A stretch of 64,000 bases of DNA. Source: Phaeosaccion multiseriatum (lineage: Eukaryota; Protista; Ochrophyta, other classes). The position numbers and the translations under genes are program-made. The notes beneath the pieces were generated by a model that did no database searches, was not told where the DNA came from, and saw nothing but the letters and a program-made list of their open reading frames with translations. Shown here piece by piece: positions 13,017-25,360 of this stretch (its first letter is position 1; the number at the start of each line of letters is the position of its first letter). The stretch is from positions 2,914,001-2,978,000 of the forward strand of contig OZ218957.1 in the NCBI GenBank assembly GCA_965112735.1, in the 5' to 3' direction.

Positions 13017-15102
13017 GAGGCCCTTCGGTATCTGGTATCGAGTCTCAGAGGGTGGAGTGGTGGTGAAGTTGGTTATACAGGAACAGCAAGAGGAGGAGGA
13101 GGAGGAGCAGCTGGTGTGAGTTTAAGTTCGTTCGTGGAGTCGATGCGTGAGCGCGTGCGCGAGGCAGTGGTGCGACTGATCCGGCGAGTGGAGGAGAGCG
13201 AGCGGGAGGCTGCCATGGAGGCGCAGCATAGAGCAGTGCGGGAGGTGGAGGCATACGGGGAGAGGGAGCGCCACTCGCTCCGGGAAGAGAGGGAAAGGGC
13301 AGAGAGGGAAGAGAGGGTAGAGAGGGAGGGCTTGGAGCAGCAGTTGCAGCAGCAGCAGTTGGTGATACAGCAGCAACTAGAGGGGATGGCAGCGGACGCA
13401 GCGGCGGACTCCGAGGCGGCACTTCGGGAGGCCTCGGAGCGGGCGGAGCGGGCCGAGAGGGGGGAGGAGGAGCAACGGAGCAGAGGGGAGACTCTCCAAG
13501 CTTCGCTGAGGGAGGCACAGGAGTTGGTGATACAGCAGGGGGCTTCGCTCAGGGAGGCACAGGAGGCACTGGGGGTGGAGAAGGGACGTCTCAAGGAGTT
13601 GCTGCAGATGGCCAAGGGGGGGCTCCAAGGCGGCGGAGAGGGGCTGCAGCAGTTGGTGATACAGCAACAGGGACAGCAGGCGCGAGATGAGGATGGTGGT
13701 GGTGGTGGCAGTAGTAGGGAGACGAGCCTGGCTGACGCTGATGCGTCTCATCGGACACTAGTCGAGGGTGACGCGCCCTTCTTGGATGGCGATTGGCGGC
13801 GGCCGTCGGAAGCGGACGGAGAAGGAGAAGGAAGAGAAGGAGGAGGAGCAGCAGGGTCTGACGGTTACGCAAGCACACCACGCACAACCGGCTGGGACGG
13901 GGCAAAGGGAGGAGGAGGAGGAGGAGGAGGAGGAGGAGGAGGAGGAGGAGGAGGAGGAGGAGGAGGAGGAGGAGGAGGGGGAAGGGGGGGAGCGCCGGCG
14001 CGGAGGTTCAGTGTGGAGCAGGCGGTTCGAGAGGAGGAGTGGGCTCGCAACAAGAGCGAGTTCCTGATGCTTGCAGAGCTGTTCAAAATGCAGAGCGATG
14101 GAGACATGAGGAGCTTCCAGGCACAAGTGGACGAGGCCAACGAGAGGTGAGTGAGGGGGTGGGTGGGTGGGTGGGTGGGTAGGTGGGTAGGTGGGTGGGT
14201 AGGTGGGTGGGTGGATGGGTGGGTGGGTAGGTGGGTAGGTGGGTGGGTAGGTGGATGGGTGGGTGGGTGGGATGGGGTAGGTGGATGGGTGGGTGGGATG
14301 GGGTAGATGGGTGGGTGGGTGGGTGGATGTGTGGATGTGGATGGGTGTGTGGATGGGTAGGTGTGGGTGGGTATGGCTGGCTGGGTATGGCTGGCTGGGT
14401 GGGGGGGTGGGTGTGAGTCCGTGGGTGAGTGAGTGCGAGCGTGAGGAAGTGTGTTGGGGTGAAGGGTGTGTGGGTGGGTGGGGGAGAGAGTGAGGGAGTT
14501 GGGTGAGTGGGTGGGGGAGAGAGTGAGGGAGTTGGGTGAGTGGGTGAGGGAGTGGATGAGTGACGAAGTGAGAGGGGGACTCACTGACTTGAGTTGACAC
14601 TAGCTACGTAAACCCTTCTCATCCCCCCCTTCCTCCCCCCCCCCCTCCTCCTCCTCCTCCTCCTCCTCCTCCTCCTCCTCCTCCTCCTCCTCCTCCTCCT
14701 CCTCCTCCTCCTCCTCCTCCTCCTCCTCCTCCTCCTCCTCCTCCTCCTCCTCCTCCTCCTCCTCCTCCTCCTCCTCCTCCTCCTCCTCCTCCTCCTCCTC
14801 CTCCTCCTCCTCCTCCTCCCTCTCCCTCCTCCTCCTCCTCCTCCCCCCACCCCCCAGAGCCGAGAACGCAGTCCGAGAGGTAAACGCTCGTGTAACTGCC
14901 GCTGCCCAGGAGGTCAAAGCTCGCTGCGAGGAGGAGCTTCTCGCCTGCAGACAAGATCATGCCGAGGCCCTACGGACACTCGAGGACGCGCTGCGGGTAC
15001 AAAGTGAGAGGTGTCAGGACCTGCAGGGGAGGATGGGGGCTGACTCCAAGAGACACGATCAGGAGACAAATGAAATGGCAGAAAAACTCGTCGTGGCGCA
15101 GC

Positions 15103-15189
<87 letters not shown>

Positions 15190-15892
15190 CGTGCGTGCGT
15201 GTGTGTGTGTGTGCGTGTGTATATACGTGTGCGTGTGTGCGCGCGTGTGTGTGTATGCGTGCGTGCATATCCCTCCTTCTCTCTCCTCCCTTTCCACCCC
15301 CCCTCTCACCCCCTCTCACCCTAACCAACCCCCCCCCCATCCACTTCACCAGGAGGTGGTAACCACGCAGGAACAAGTAGAGGAGCTTCAGTTCACTCTC
15401 GAGACCAAGCGGCAGCAAGTGATCCGTCTAGAGAGTCGACTTCGCGAGATTGACGAGGCACAGACCTCGCTCAACAACACCTCCGCACTCTCACGCACAT
15501 CACTCAGCCCTCGTCGGAGTCACCTTTCTTCCTCCTCTCGGCCACTCATCTCCCCTCGCCTGTCGGGGTATCAGCGACTGCAGCAACCACAGGACCAGCA
15601 GGGGGGAGAGGGGGGAGAAGGTGGAGGGGGAGCGGTGGTGTCCAGCAGGGATAGTGTGAGGCAGGCTTCTCCCGCGCTTGCCCTCTCTTCTCGCACAGGA
15701 AGGAGGGTTGCAGAAGGCGGCGATAGAGAAGGGGTGGTGGCGACAGCATCAGTAGGAGAAAGAGCAGGAAGAGGGGGTGATGATGGTGGTGGAGGAAGAG
15801 GAGGCGGAGGAGGGGGGGTGCTTCCAAGTAGGAGAGGAAGTATGGGAGGGCAGGATAGACCTTTGACAGCGTCTAATTTAGCGTTCTTCCCT

Positions 15893-15928
<36 letters not shown>

Positions 15929-17155
15929 TTACTGATACCATCGGGTGAGCCCACAGACGGGACTGCGGTGGCTGAGGCGCCACTTCCGGAACGCTCTGGT
16001 CGGGCGGAAGAGAGACCAGTTGGTGGTACAGTTGGTGGTAGCAGCAGCAGAGTCATGGATGACAGCGGCAGAGGAAGCGCTAGGGGCAGCAGGGGCAGCA
16101 GGGGCAGTAGCATGAGCAGCACAATCAGCTCAAGAAGCAGCAGCAGCGTTGGCAGCAGCAGAAGGAGGAGGACCAAGAGGAGTAGCACCAATGATGGTGG
16201 TGATGGTGGCCTCACTGATCGTGGCCGTCCTTCTCCTGCTGCTGCTACTGCTACTACTGCTGCTGCTGCTGCTGCCGCTCGACCAACTGTGAGTCCGTCC
16301 ATCGGAGGGGCATATCCGGCGGCGGCGGAAGTACCAGTACCGGTAGTGCCGGTGTCAGAGGCACCACTGTCAGCAACAGCAGCAGTTGGTGATACGGCAA
16401 CGCCAGGGCCGGGGTCAGGGGCAGGAGGGGCGAAGAAGGTGTTCCGCAGCGGGTCTGCGCGGAGCATGGCTGCGGCGGAGGCAGTCGTCGAGGCCGCAAG
16501 GGCAAGGCTCAAGGCTTTCCAGGCGCTTAGCGATCCAGCACTTGGTGATACAGCGGCGGCCAGTTTCACAACTGGCACGAGCAGTAGCAGCCGTACTGTC
16601 AACGTGACGAAGAGAGTCGGCGGCGCAGCTGCTGTACGCCCTTTCGACGCAGCATCAGCAGTTGGTGATACACGGGCAGCAGGTGCCAGCCAGCCTGTCA
16701 CAAGTATTAGTGCTGGCTTGAGGAGCCGCAATTTGAGCAGCAGGAGAGGCAGCAGCAGCAGCGGCCATGGTGGACGTACGGCAGTTGGTCGTATGTATGG
16801 CGGCGACGAGGAGGAGGGGGAGGAGGAGGGGGAGGAGGAGGAGGAGGATGGCGACGTGGGTGGAGCATCAGTAGTCGCTAGGCAAGAGGAGCAGCGGCGG
16901 TGGCGGCGGCAAGAAGGCAACAACGAAGACGAGGAGGAGGATGGAGAAGGAGACAACGACAGAGAGCGGTCATCCTCGTTCTCATCATCATCATCTTCTT
17001 CGCCTTCTTCTTCTTCTTCTTCCTCTTCTTCCCTCTCGTCGCCGACCTGTCGCTCTCCGGCAGGGAGTGCGAGTGTGAGGAGTGCGGGGGGGAGTGTGTC
17101 GAGCTGGGAGAGTGAGGTGGGGCAGGGAAGGGTAGGGAAGGGTAGGGAAGGGTAG
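8513..17155 (+). CDS. Large multi-exon coiled-coil protein with low-complexity C-terminus, function unknown
   Basis: Phase-compatible E/A/R/Q-rich heptad exons at about 8513-9259, 9510-9703, 9924-10940, 11301-11402, 11634-11705, 11895-12496, ~12836-14146, 14858-15104 and ~15353-17115, separated by microsatellite introns. Start (an in-frame ATG also exists at 7988) and final exon are uncertain. Confidence 0.7.
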
Positions 17156-18045
17156 GGTGGGGTGAAAAAGACGTGTTGTGAAAGGGGGCGGGGCGAGGAG
17201 GGGGGAGGGCCGAGTGAGTGAGTGAGAGAGTGAGTGAGTGAGTCAAAGCCAGGCAATAGAGAGGGGTGAGGGGCTGAGGGGGCGGGTGGGGATTCTTTTT
17301 GACTTCCAGGAATCAGCCTAAGAATAAAGGGGGGGGGGGAGGGTAGACCGTGGGAAGTATATAAGTGAGTGGAGATTGTTTGGGGTGGCGAGGGGGAAGG
17401 GGGGTGTCTCTCTCTATTCTCTCTTATTTGAGGCTTATGCACCCCACACAGGCAGGCATGCTCTCAAAGCGTGATAACAACACCTGTAGTGTTAAGATAA
17501 TTAATTATTAAATTAAAAAAAGAAACATAAAGAACACTTTGGGCAATTGATCAAACGATGCGAGTGAAGGGAGGGAGGTCGTTTATGTATTACTATTCTT
17601 TTCATTCTCTTCGCAATCTGTCCTCTTCATATTCGTCGCACGAGTGAATCTGTCCTCCCGCGGTGAAGAAGGAAAATGCCAATTCTGCTGGAGAAGGGTT
17701 GTCCCAGCACTGCTGTTCGCCGCTTCCCCGCCTCTCTGCTCCGCCCCGTCCTCGGCAGCAGTAGCCACAGCAGTTGGTGATGGAGCAGCAGAAGCAGCAA
17801 GGGGTAGGGGGCAACAAGGACAGGGCCGCTTCCTTACCCCGGAGGCAGACAGAAGGCAAGCACAGCGCGCTCTTCATTTGGAATTGACGTACGCGCGTGG
17901 TGATGTAACGCCCTCTTTGCAATTGCCATACATAAATGGATGAGGTGGAGAGTGTAGGAGCGCCATCGGTCTACTTCGAACGCCCTCTCTCCTCGGCATG
18001 TCAAGCGCCCACAAGCTCCTTCGCCTCCTCCTGACGTGAAAAGCG

Positions 18046-18990
18046 TCATTCTTGGCAGCGGCAGGGGTGTCCATTGGCATGTACCCACCGCGTTTATCTC
18101 CTCAAAGGCGGCAGGGGGCATACCCCATCCAAGACCAGAAATGTCTTTGACGAACTGTGGACATGTCCACTCGTCCCAGGGAGCCCGCACCTCCTCCGAT
18201 CGGAGCCACTTCAGCATGGGTAGGCTCTTGCCCCCCCGGACCGCCCAACAGCAGACATGTTCATCCCACCTGCACAGCTCCCGTGCGTTGGCATGCAGCC
18301 ATTGCAGCACTTCCAGATTGCCCTCTTGGGCCGCCCAGAGAGGCCCCTCCCTCCACCTGCTGCTTGCGTCTACCGCCTCCATCTCAGCTCTGATGGTGGG
18401 ATGCTGCACAAGCTTTTCCAGCACGCTAATGCGCCCTGCCTTCACAGCCTCCTCCAACACAGATAAGCGCAGTTAAAAATCACACTCGTCGGACAGCAGC
18501 CACTCCAGAACCTCAGTGCGGCTTCCCGACTGATCTCAAATGCCGACCGAGGGCAGCGCTCCTTTTCAGGGAGGTCCTCGGATCGCAGCGACTTGAGGAC
18601 ACGTAGCCCATGCCCAGCGTTCCTCACCGCGGCCTGGCAGGCCTCTTCATGCCAGGGACATTGCATACTGAGACGCTCCTCGCACACGCTCAATCTCCGT
18701 ACTCTGCCGCCGCCTTGAAAGTGCTCACACTCAGCTCGTACCCACATTTCGTGGCCCACTGCAAGCGCTCTGCAGATCCCACCACGTTTGGAAGGAAAGT
18801 CTCGAGTGAAGGGCACGCCGCGCTGTACTGCTCTTGCCACTTCGTATACACAGTGGCGACGAAGACGTGGTGGCCCTTTCCCACCCAGCGCATGACTCCT
18901 CGCAGCACCTCCTCAATCCCCAAAGCCTTGACACTGGCCACGGAGGTTGGAGCAGCAGCATTTCTTCCCGCGCCTTCCTTGCTGCCCAGG
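18046..18990 (-). pseudogene. Frameshifted F-box-like/ankyrin-like repeat gene (paralog of 59468-60463)
   Basis: Homology to the intact 59468 protein is split over several frames (ORFs 18690-19088, 18442-18840, 17834-18460). There is a further shift before the terminal WVHANGHPCRCQE* and an in-frame stop near 18472. Confidence 0.85.
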
Positions 18991-19030
18991 CGCTGCCACC
19001 CCCTTGCGCCCAGGCCTGCGTAAGCAGACA

Positions 19031-19332
19031 CGAAGGAAGTGAGGCGTGGATGAGTTGAAGTACAATCGTAAGAAAGGGCTACAAACAAAAAGGACTAGGA
19101 GTGGGAAGAGCAGGAGCGGGGCGGTGACGTACCCCCTGCTTGGCGTGCGATGGAGACGACCTCCTTGCAGTCACAAGAAGAGCCCAGAGTTCTTGTGGCT
19201 GTAACGACATGGTCTCAATTTAACGCCAAGCAGGGGGTACGTCACCGCCCCGCTCATGCTCTTTCTTCCCCCTCCTCTTCCCCCTTTTTGTAACTCTTTT
19301 TTACTTCAACTCATCCACGCCCCACTCCTTCG
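19031..19332. repeat. Long imperfect inverted repeat (fold-back)
   Basis: Perfect 33-bp arms at 19114-19146/19223-19255, perfect 20-bp arms at 19043-19062/19302-19321, and a 15-bp inner stem at 19165-19179/19190-19204 with a 10-nt loop. Confidence 0.95.
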
Positions 19333-19434
19333 TCTGTTTGAGGAGTCCTCTGTCCCTGCCATGGCTGTATGCAGCAATCCACCTATTGGAAATTAATGGT
19401 CATGACTCGGAAGGGGGGAACTGTAGGGGGGAGC

Positions 19435-19494
19435 CGGCGCCTGTTCCTCCGCCCGCCCGCCCTTCGGCGCCTGTTCCTCCGCCCGCCCGCCCTT
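19435..19494. repeat. Perfect 2x30-bp GC-rich tandem duplication
   Basis: cggcgcctgttcctccgcccgcccgccctt occurs twice in a row. Confidence 0.95.
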
Positions 19495-19978
19495 GGCTGT
19501 TCGGCCCAGCCCTCCGCAGTGACTCACAGGGCCATCCGAATGACCAACTTGCCCTCTCGCCCTTGCGGACCTATTCGCTGACCATCCTCCCAGAAGCAAG
19601 CTCACACAGGTAAGAGTGCGGCGGTGGAGAGTAGAGGCTGGGAGGGGATTGGGAGAAGCCGAGGCCATGCTGGGAGATGGCGGTCAAGTCCATACACTCT
19701 TATCTCGTTCCCCCTCACTCAGCTCCTGCCTTATGCTTCCTCGACAGAATCCAACGCAAGAGGCAGTGCAGATACCTCCACACCCGTGTATTTTATTCAT
19801 ATTTCCTCATTTACCTCCTGCCTGCCGTTGTCCCCTTCCCTTCTCTCGTCATACCAGACTTCAATGGAGAGAGAAAGTTCTTCCCCTCGAGAAAGTTCTT
19901 CTTCCCCCAACTTCGTCTGTTATTGAGGGGAAGGTCCAGGAGCAGGGCGGCAAGCAGATCCAGCCCGCTCCACCCACC

Positions 19979-20977
19979 ATGGAGTCAGGTGGCGCCAGTT
20001 CCGCCGTGGCAGCTGCCCCCCATCCCGGTGCCCTTGTGGTAAGAGAGAGAAGTGATGTTGGGACCTTCGAACCTTGCGATCAGGCCCTGGCCCAGGCTTT
20101 GGTGCTCAGCAAAGTGATGGAGTGCTCGGGGGGGTGCGACGACTTCTTCATCGCAGCGTTGAGCAAGGTGTGGAAGGAACACTACAGACATCTCTACCCG
20201 GCCCGAAAGACACTTCGCAGGAGGGTGGTGGAGTCTGTGGAGCGCTTGAGCTGTGCCAGGAAATACGGGTATGAGCTGAGTATTAAGACGTTCGAAGATG
20301 CAGCACAGTTCGGAGATGTGAGTGTCTGCAAGGCTCTTCATAGCATGGGCTGTGCCTGGGATAAGGGAGTGTGTAAGGCTGCTGTGAGCAATGAGAGGCA
20401 CGGACTCAGCATCCTCCAATGGCTGCGGACGGAGGACCTCCCCGGCAAAGAGATATGCCCGTGGAATGAAGAGGTGTCTAGAGAAGCAGCTCGGCAGGGG
20501 AGGTTGGAGATGCTGGAGTGGTTGCTCACGGACGAGGTGAACGCGTCTTTTGACAGTTTCACTCTGATGGCATCTATTTGTTCGGGGCGTATTTCTGTGG
20601 TGGAGTGGGTGCTCCACCATCCCAAAGTCAGAGCTGAGATGGAGGCGGTAGGGGTGGAAGACTATAGGTGGAGTGCTGGGGCGTTTTGGGCGGCCCACGA
20701 AGGCAATCTGGAGATGCTGCAATGGCTGCATGCAAACGCACGGGACCTGTGCGGGTGGGATACAAGTGTTTGTTTTAGCGCAGTGCGTCATAGCAAGAGC
20801 CTCTCCATGCTGAAATGGCTCCGATCGGACGAGGTCATGTGTCCCTGGCATGCGGAGGTATGCCCGCAAAAATGGAAAGACATTTTGGGTGATGCCTGGG
20901 ATATGCCCCCTGCCGCCTTTGAGGAGATGAAGCAGTGGGTACACGCCAATGGGCACCCCTGCAACTGCGAGGACTGA
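19979..20977 (+). CDS. Intronless F-box-like/ankyrin-like (CPWDE-type) repeat protein
   Basis: Repeats of C-[PAG]-W-[DN]-x-x-V-C/S-x-x-A-A-x-x-G-x-L-E-M-L-x-W-L; C-terminus WVHANGHPCNCED; start taken at MESGG. Confidence 0.85.
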   Translation: MESGGASSAVAAAPHPGALVVRERSDVGTFEPCDQALAQALVLSKVMECSGGCDDFFIAALSKVWKEHYRHLYPARKTLRRRVVESVERLSCARKYGYELSIKTFEDAAQFGDVSVCKALHSMGCAWDKGVCKAAVSNERHGLSILQWLRTEDLPGKEICPWNEEVSREAARQGRLEMLEWLLTDEVNASFDSFTLMASICSGRISVVEWVLHHPKVRAEMEAVGVEDYRWSAGAFWAAHEGNLEMLQWLHANARDLCGWDTSVCFSAVRHSKSLSMLKWLRSDEVMCPWHAEVCPQKWKDILGDAWDMPPAAFEEMKQWVHANGHPCNCED

Positions 20978-21220
20978 TGGACTCTATCCTCCTTCGGCCT
21001 CTGTGGAAGAGCCCAGGTCAGCGCAAAAGCTATCGAATATCAGTTACAGTCTATCAAACCGGAATTGACCGCCCACAGTCACATGTGTATGTACAGTAAT
21101 TAATCCAAGGCACCCTTCGCTATGATACAACGCCCATCTGGCCACTCTGGCCCGTGCAGTTTGCACCTGATCCCCTTCATGAGAGGAAGCACCCACTGCC
21201 GCATCCCCCTCGTCAGCCCC

Positions 21221-23329
21221 TCATGACGGCATGTGCAAGACTTGCGCGTGACTGCTCCCGCCACAGCAACGCCAAAAGGGCTCCTTGGCCGGCTTCTGCG
21301 GGTCCGCGGTGCTGCTGCCCCTCAGTCTGGCGCGGCGGGCAGTAGCGACACTATGAGGTCCGTGCGGAGGACGATGACAAGCTCCCTGCCACAGCCCGAC
21401 TCGAGCTTGCGCCCCCGAAACCATAAGAGGCTCCCACCCGTCCTCCGAAGGCGCTGCCCCTGCTGGTGCTGCAGATGCTGCTCCTCCCAGTGCCGCTACT
21501 GGAAGGGGGGTGCCGATGGCGGATGATGTGCATCCGCTCAAGGCGTGCAGCGCCCCGCAGGCCTGCCGCCTCACTCGCAGATCGCCAGCGTGTCTGTCGA
21601 AGGCGGTCATTACCGCAGCGAGGCAATAAGCAGCACCGCCCACCCCCTCCCTTCCTCCTCCTCCCCCTCCTCCTCTGCGCCCTCTTTTGCATCCTCCTCC
21701 TCCTCTACCTCCTCCTTCGCTGCTGAGGATGAGGAGGGCCGCACAGGCGTGCTCTTGCACCCGTGGGTGGTCCACTTGAGCGCCCATCGTCCTCGCCAAA
21801 GCCTTGAAGACGCCCACCTCTCGCAGGGCCGCACCAGCGGAGGGGCCACCACCCCCACCACCCCCACCACCACCTCCTCCTCCTCCTCCCACCCACTGCC
21901 ATCCCCTGCCAGTCCCACTCGAAGGAGTTGTCCTCGTCAGCAGGGTGCGGAGGGTCCAACACGCCTGCTCCTGCACGGCCCCGTCGTCGGCGTGAGTAGT
22001 AAGCATGCGCACCACCGCCGCACAGACCCCCGCCGCCAACAGCTTGCTGCGGTTCGTCGTAAGTCGCCCTGTGTTGTTCTCCTGGGAGGGCTGCTCGGTG
22101 GTGAGAAGGTAGCGGATGGCGCCGCAGCCCCAGCCTTGCACCAGGGGGTGCCCCGGGTGGTTGTGGAGGGCCTCCACCACCGCCTCGCAGCCTCCGACCG
22201 CGCCCAGCCGCCACGCCCTCCATGCGCCGCCATGATCGGCGTCCTCGTCCTGCTGCTTGGGTACGACCACACGCCGCCCTCCTCTTGCCCTTGCTCGAGA
22301 GATGAGGCTTGAAAATCGTCCACCAGCAGCCGCAGTGGGAGGGTCGATGGTGCCCCTGCCGCTGCCCCTGCCGCCTCCGCTGCGGTGCCCCTTGTGCTGA
22401 CTGCGGATGAGGGCCATACTGCTCTGCTGCAGCTCAGCATCTCCGGGGTGGGCGGTCATGGCCGCCACGATGGCTGAGCACGAGGCCCAGTCCCCCAGCT
22501 CCAGCCTGTTGGCGTCGTTGCCCCGCATCAGCGACCGCATGGCCCGGCAGCCCCTCTCCTGCAGGCGAGCGCAGGCCAAGTGTGTGCTCATGGCAGAAAG
22601 GACGGCTTGGCACGCCCCCGCCTCTCCAAGCTTGAGCTTGTTCGCCTTGCTGTTGCTGCTCAGACCGTGGATGGCGTCCAAGCTCTCGCCCAACAGGAAG
22701 GGGTCGGTGGAGTGGACCATCATGGAGGCGACCACAGCCTGGCAGGCCCCGGCCTCGCCCATCTCGGCTTTGATGGCGTCATTGTTCAAGATCAGACCTC
22801 GCAGCGCCGCGGTGGCTAAGAGCTGGATCCGATCATCGCTTCTATACCGCTTCATGGCAAGAGTGACAACTTGGCACACCCCTGCCCTCTTGAAGCGAAC
22901 TCCGTTGGCCGGAACGTAGCTGAGACACAGCACGGCCCCGAGAGCCTGGAGCTGCACACACACACTGTCGGGACTTGCTCGCGCAATCGCCATGAGCAAC
23001 AGACATGCCCCTGCTTCCCCGAGCTTCGCGCCATGGGCCAAGTGAGCGCTCGCCTTCCTGATGGCTCGACAAGCGCCGGCTTGACGCTGTACTCTTACGC
23101 GGGCAGCGTCATCGCCGTCATCGCCATCCCCGTCAGGCAGCAAAGTCTCCCACATGGAATCAATCAGCCTCCTCTCCTTTCCCCGTTGCCGCTGCCCATG
23201 TGCCTCAAGTCCCACCACTCTCCAGCCTGCCTCTGCTGCTCCGCCTGAGGCGGCTTCATCCCCTCTGTCCGTCCCCACAGTGGGAAGCCGACCCCAAAGC
23301 TTCTGAATCTTTTCCGTCAACTCCGACAT
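21221..23329 (-). CDS. Armadillo-repeat protein
   Basis: ~42-aa repeats such as LGEAGACQAVLSAMSTH...LQERGCRAMRSL and GVCAAVVRMLTTHADDGAVQEQACWTLRTL; single long ORF, first ATG at 23329 (MSELTEK). Confidence 0.85.
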   Translation of the reverse strand: MSELTEKIQKLWGRLPTVGTDRGDEAASGGAAEAGWRVVGLEAHGQRQRGKERRLIDSMWETLLPDGDGDDGDDAARVRVQRQAGACRAIRKASAHLAHGAKLGEAGACLLLMAIARASPDSVCVQLQALGAVLCLSYVPANGVRFKRAGVCQVVTLAMKRYRSDDRIQLLATAALRGLILNNDAIKAEMGEAGACQAVVASMMVHSTDPFLLGESLDAIHGLSSNSKANKLKLGEAGACQAVLSAMSTHLACARLQERGCRAMRSLMRGNDANRLELGDWASCSAIVAAMTAHPGDAELQQSSMALIRSQHKGHRSGGGRGSGRGTIDPPTAAAGGRFSSLISRARARGGRRVVVPKQQDEDADHGGAWRAWRLGAVGGCEAVVEALHNHPGHPLVQGWGCGAIRYLLTTEQPSQENNTGRLTTNRSKLLAAGVCAAVVRMLTTHADDGAVQEQACWTLRTLLTRTTPSSGTGRGWQWVGGGGGGGGGGGGGGGPSAGAALREVGVFKALARTMGAQVDHPRVQEHACAALLILSSEGGGRGGGGCKRGRRGGGGGGGREGVGGAAYCLAAVMTAFDRHAGDLRVRRQACGALHALSGCTSSAIGTPLPVAALGGAASAAPAGAAPSEDGWEPLMVSGAQARVGLWQGACHRPPHGPHSVATARRARLRGSSTADPQKPAKEPFWRCCGGSSHAQVLHMPS

Positions 23330-23760
23330 CGTGGCGGCTTGGGCAGTGGAGGGGTTTGGAGTCTCTGCCTGAAGCTGAGAAAGGCTTCGCCGTGAGAAGT
23401 TCCCCCCTGACCTGAGCCAGTGGCATAGTACCCTCGCCTTTTTCCAGAAAGCGTAAGGACAAAAGAGGCCCAGGAGCATACTCTTCAAGAGCCAGCATCG
23501 TCGCCTGCAGATCCCTCAATCTTCCCTTGCAGCACCCACCACCATAAAAAAAAAATAAGCCCCTCTGTATTTTCGCGTGCGAGCGAAGCGAGTGCGCTTT
23601 ATCCGATTTTCCCGCCTCTTCCTATGCTCGTATGCCTACACTTTTTGGGCTCAGAGGGTCTAGAATGAATCCCAATTGATGGTGGAGGAGTGAAGATCAC
23701 AACAAACAGAGCGAGAAAAAACAACAACAACTAACAACAACAACAACAACAACAACAAAA

Positions 23761-24723
23761 ATGGCCACTACTTCGTGTTGCACTGGAGGTATGTGAGAGA
23801 GACATTCTACGGCTTGTGCCTTCTTCTCTTCCCTCGTCGCGTCGCTGAGACTTGCCCGTCGGTTTTGTTTGCTCAGCTGCGCCCCGGGCCGACTCCTTTT
23901 TTCCGAGATAGAGACATGCTTGACTGTGGGAGCCACCTCCCCCCCTCTTCTTCGTTATTTATTTATTTTTTTATATGTGGAAACAACTTTGTGGAAAGTC
24001 GCATGAGCTTCATTGACTCACCCACTCAACATCACCGCTGCTTCTGACTCTCCCTCTCTCAACCCTCTCCCGCCTGCTGTCTCTGATACCTCCCCCTTTC
24101 TGTTTGAACGAGCAGGGACCTGCGCCTGCGGATCGGGTTGCTCCTGTACCACGGCCAGCTGCTGCACCCTCACCCCCTGCACCGCCACCGCCCCCTCCAA
24201 GGAGACCACCGATGCGGTCAAGGTAAGGCTGCGAGAGAGAGGGAAGGAAGAGCAGGGTTGGGGCTGATGTCGAGGCTAGGCTGAAGAAGAGAAGGGCTGA
24301 AGGGAGGGGAGTTTCTGCCTCTGTCGGAACGCCCGATGCGCCCCTTGCTAACCCTTTGTATTCTCTCTGTTTGGTGTGTGTATTGTCTCCTGTCTGTCAG
24401 ACCGTGTCCTGCTCCCGGAGCGATTGCGCTTGCGGAGACACCTGTGCATGCGGCCCATGTAAGTCGGTGTCAAGGATGAGAAAGAGTTCATTGCAGTGCC
24501 TGCCCGATCCAAAAAAATGGTTCTCTGACATCTCCCTCCCTCCTCCTGTTTCTTCTGTTGGGCAACCCCCCTTCTCTCCTACTTCAAAGCGGACTGCTCC
24601 CGCGGCGGAACGACTGCCAAGACCGAGGAGGCGGCTGTTTCCGGTGAATGCCCCTGGACCGACTGCACCTGCTGCGCGGATGCCTGCACGTGCGGCGCGA
24701 CGTGTAAATGCGGAACCAAGTAA
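23761..24723 (+). CDS. Metallothionein-like protein copy 1 (108 aa, 23 Cys, 4 exons)
   Basis: Exons 23761-23788, 24116-24222, 24401-24458, 24590-24723 splice in frame: MATTSCCTGGTCACGSGCSCTTASCCTLTPCTATAPSKETTDAVKTVSCSRSDCACGDTCACGPSDCSRGGTTAKTEEAAVSGECPWTDCTCCADACTCGATCKCGTK. Confidence 0.88.
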
Positions 24724-25274
24724 CGGCGACGTCGATGGTACTGTGATGGTGTATATATAGTGTGGAAGGGAGCGAGACACGAGAAGACAACAGAGTACTG
24801 TACATTGGGACTAGAAATGACCAAGAGGGCTGTGTGTAGGGAAGACTTACGGCAACTAGAGGACCATGGCAGGCAGGCGCTGTATGTTGTGAAAGTTGTA
24901 TTAAGGGTCGAGAGGGGGGGGGGGCACACCCCACTCGCTCCAAGCATGGATTTTGTACTGTAATCTGAGAATGAAACTTCTAGAACTTTATGCAATGACA
25001 AATGACAAGGACCTGGCACGAGATGGGAGCAGATGGAGACCGTTTCTGCTCAGCTCAAGAGAGGCTTGCACGCCCCCCCCACACAGGTAGGACATGACTT
25101 CACCCCAAGGAGGCAATACATGGCACAGCGTGGTTCTTTCGCTTGACTTGACCCCCAGCAGACAACAAGTCGGCCAGAGCGAGGTTCAGAATTGCCCACC
25201 TCATCAGCCAACTCACTCACTCACGCTCTCATGGCTGGTCCCAAAAAAGAGATTCTGGCGCGGCTGGCTGAGAC

Positions 25275-25360
25275 TGTTTCAACCCCTGATGCACTATCCG
25301 CTATCCGCTATCGCCGGCGCCAGGATAGCGCGTTATCGGGCCCCCCGGGGCCCGATAGGG
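25275..25360. mobile_element. Degenerate/truncated relative of the 48601-48815 MITE
   Basis: tgtttcaacccctgatgcactatccgctatccgctatcgcc matches the MITE left end tgtcgacccctgacgcactatccgctatccgctatcgcc. No intact right TIR seen. Confidence 0.7.

Noticed and set aside
15571-17442. 623-aa minus-strand ORF (also 19985-20956, 45316-46455, 47346-48548, 41906-43219)
   Set aside because: Antisense shadows of GC-rich or triplet-repeat coding regions; no recognisable domains.
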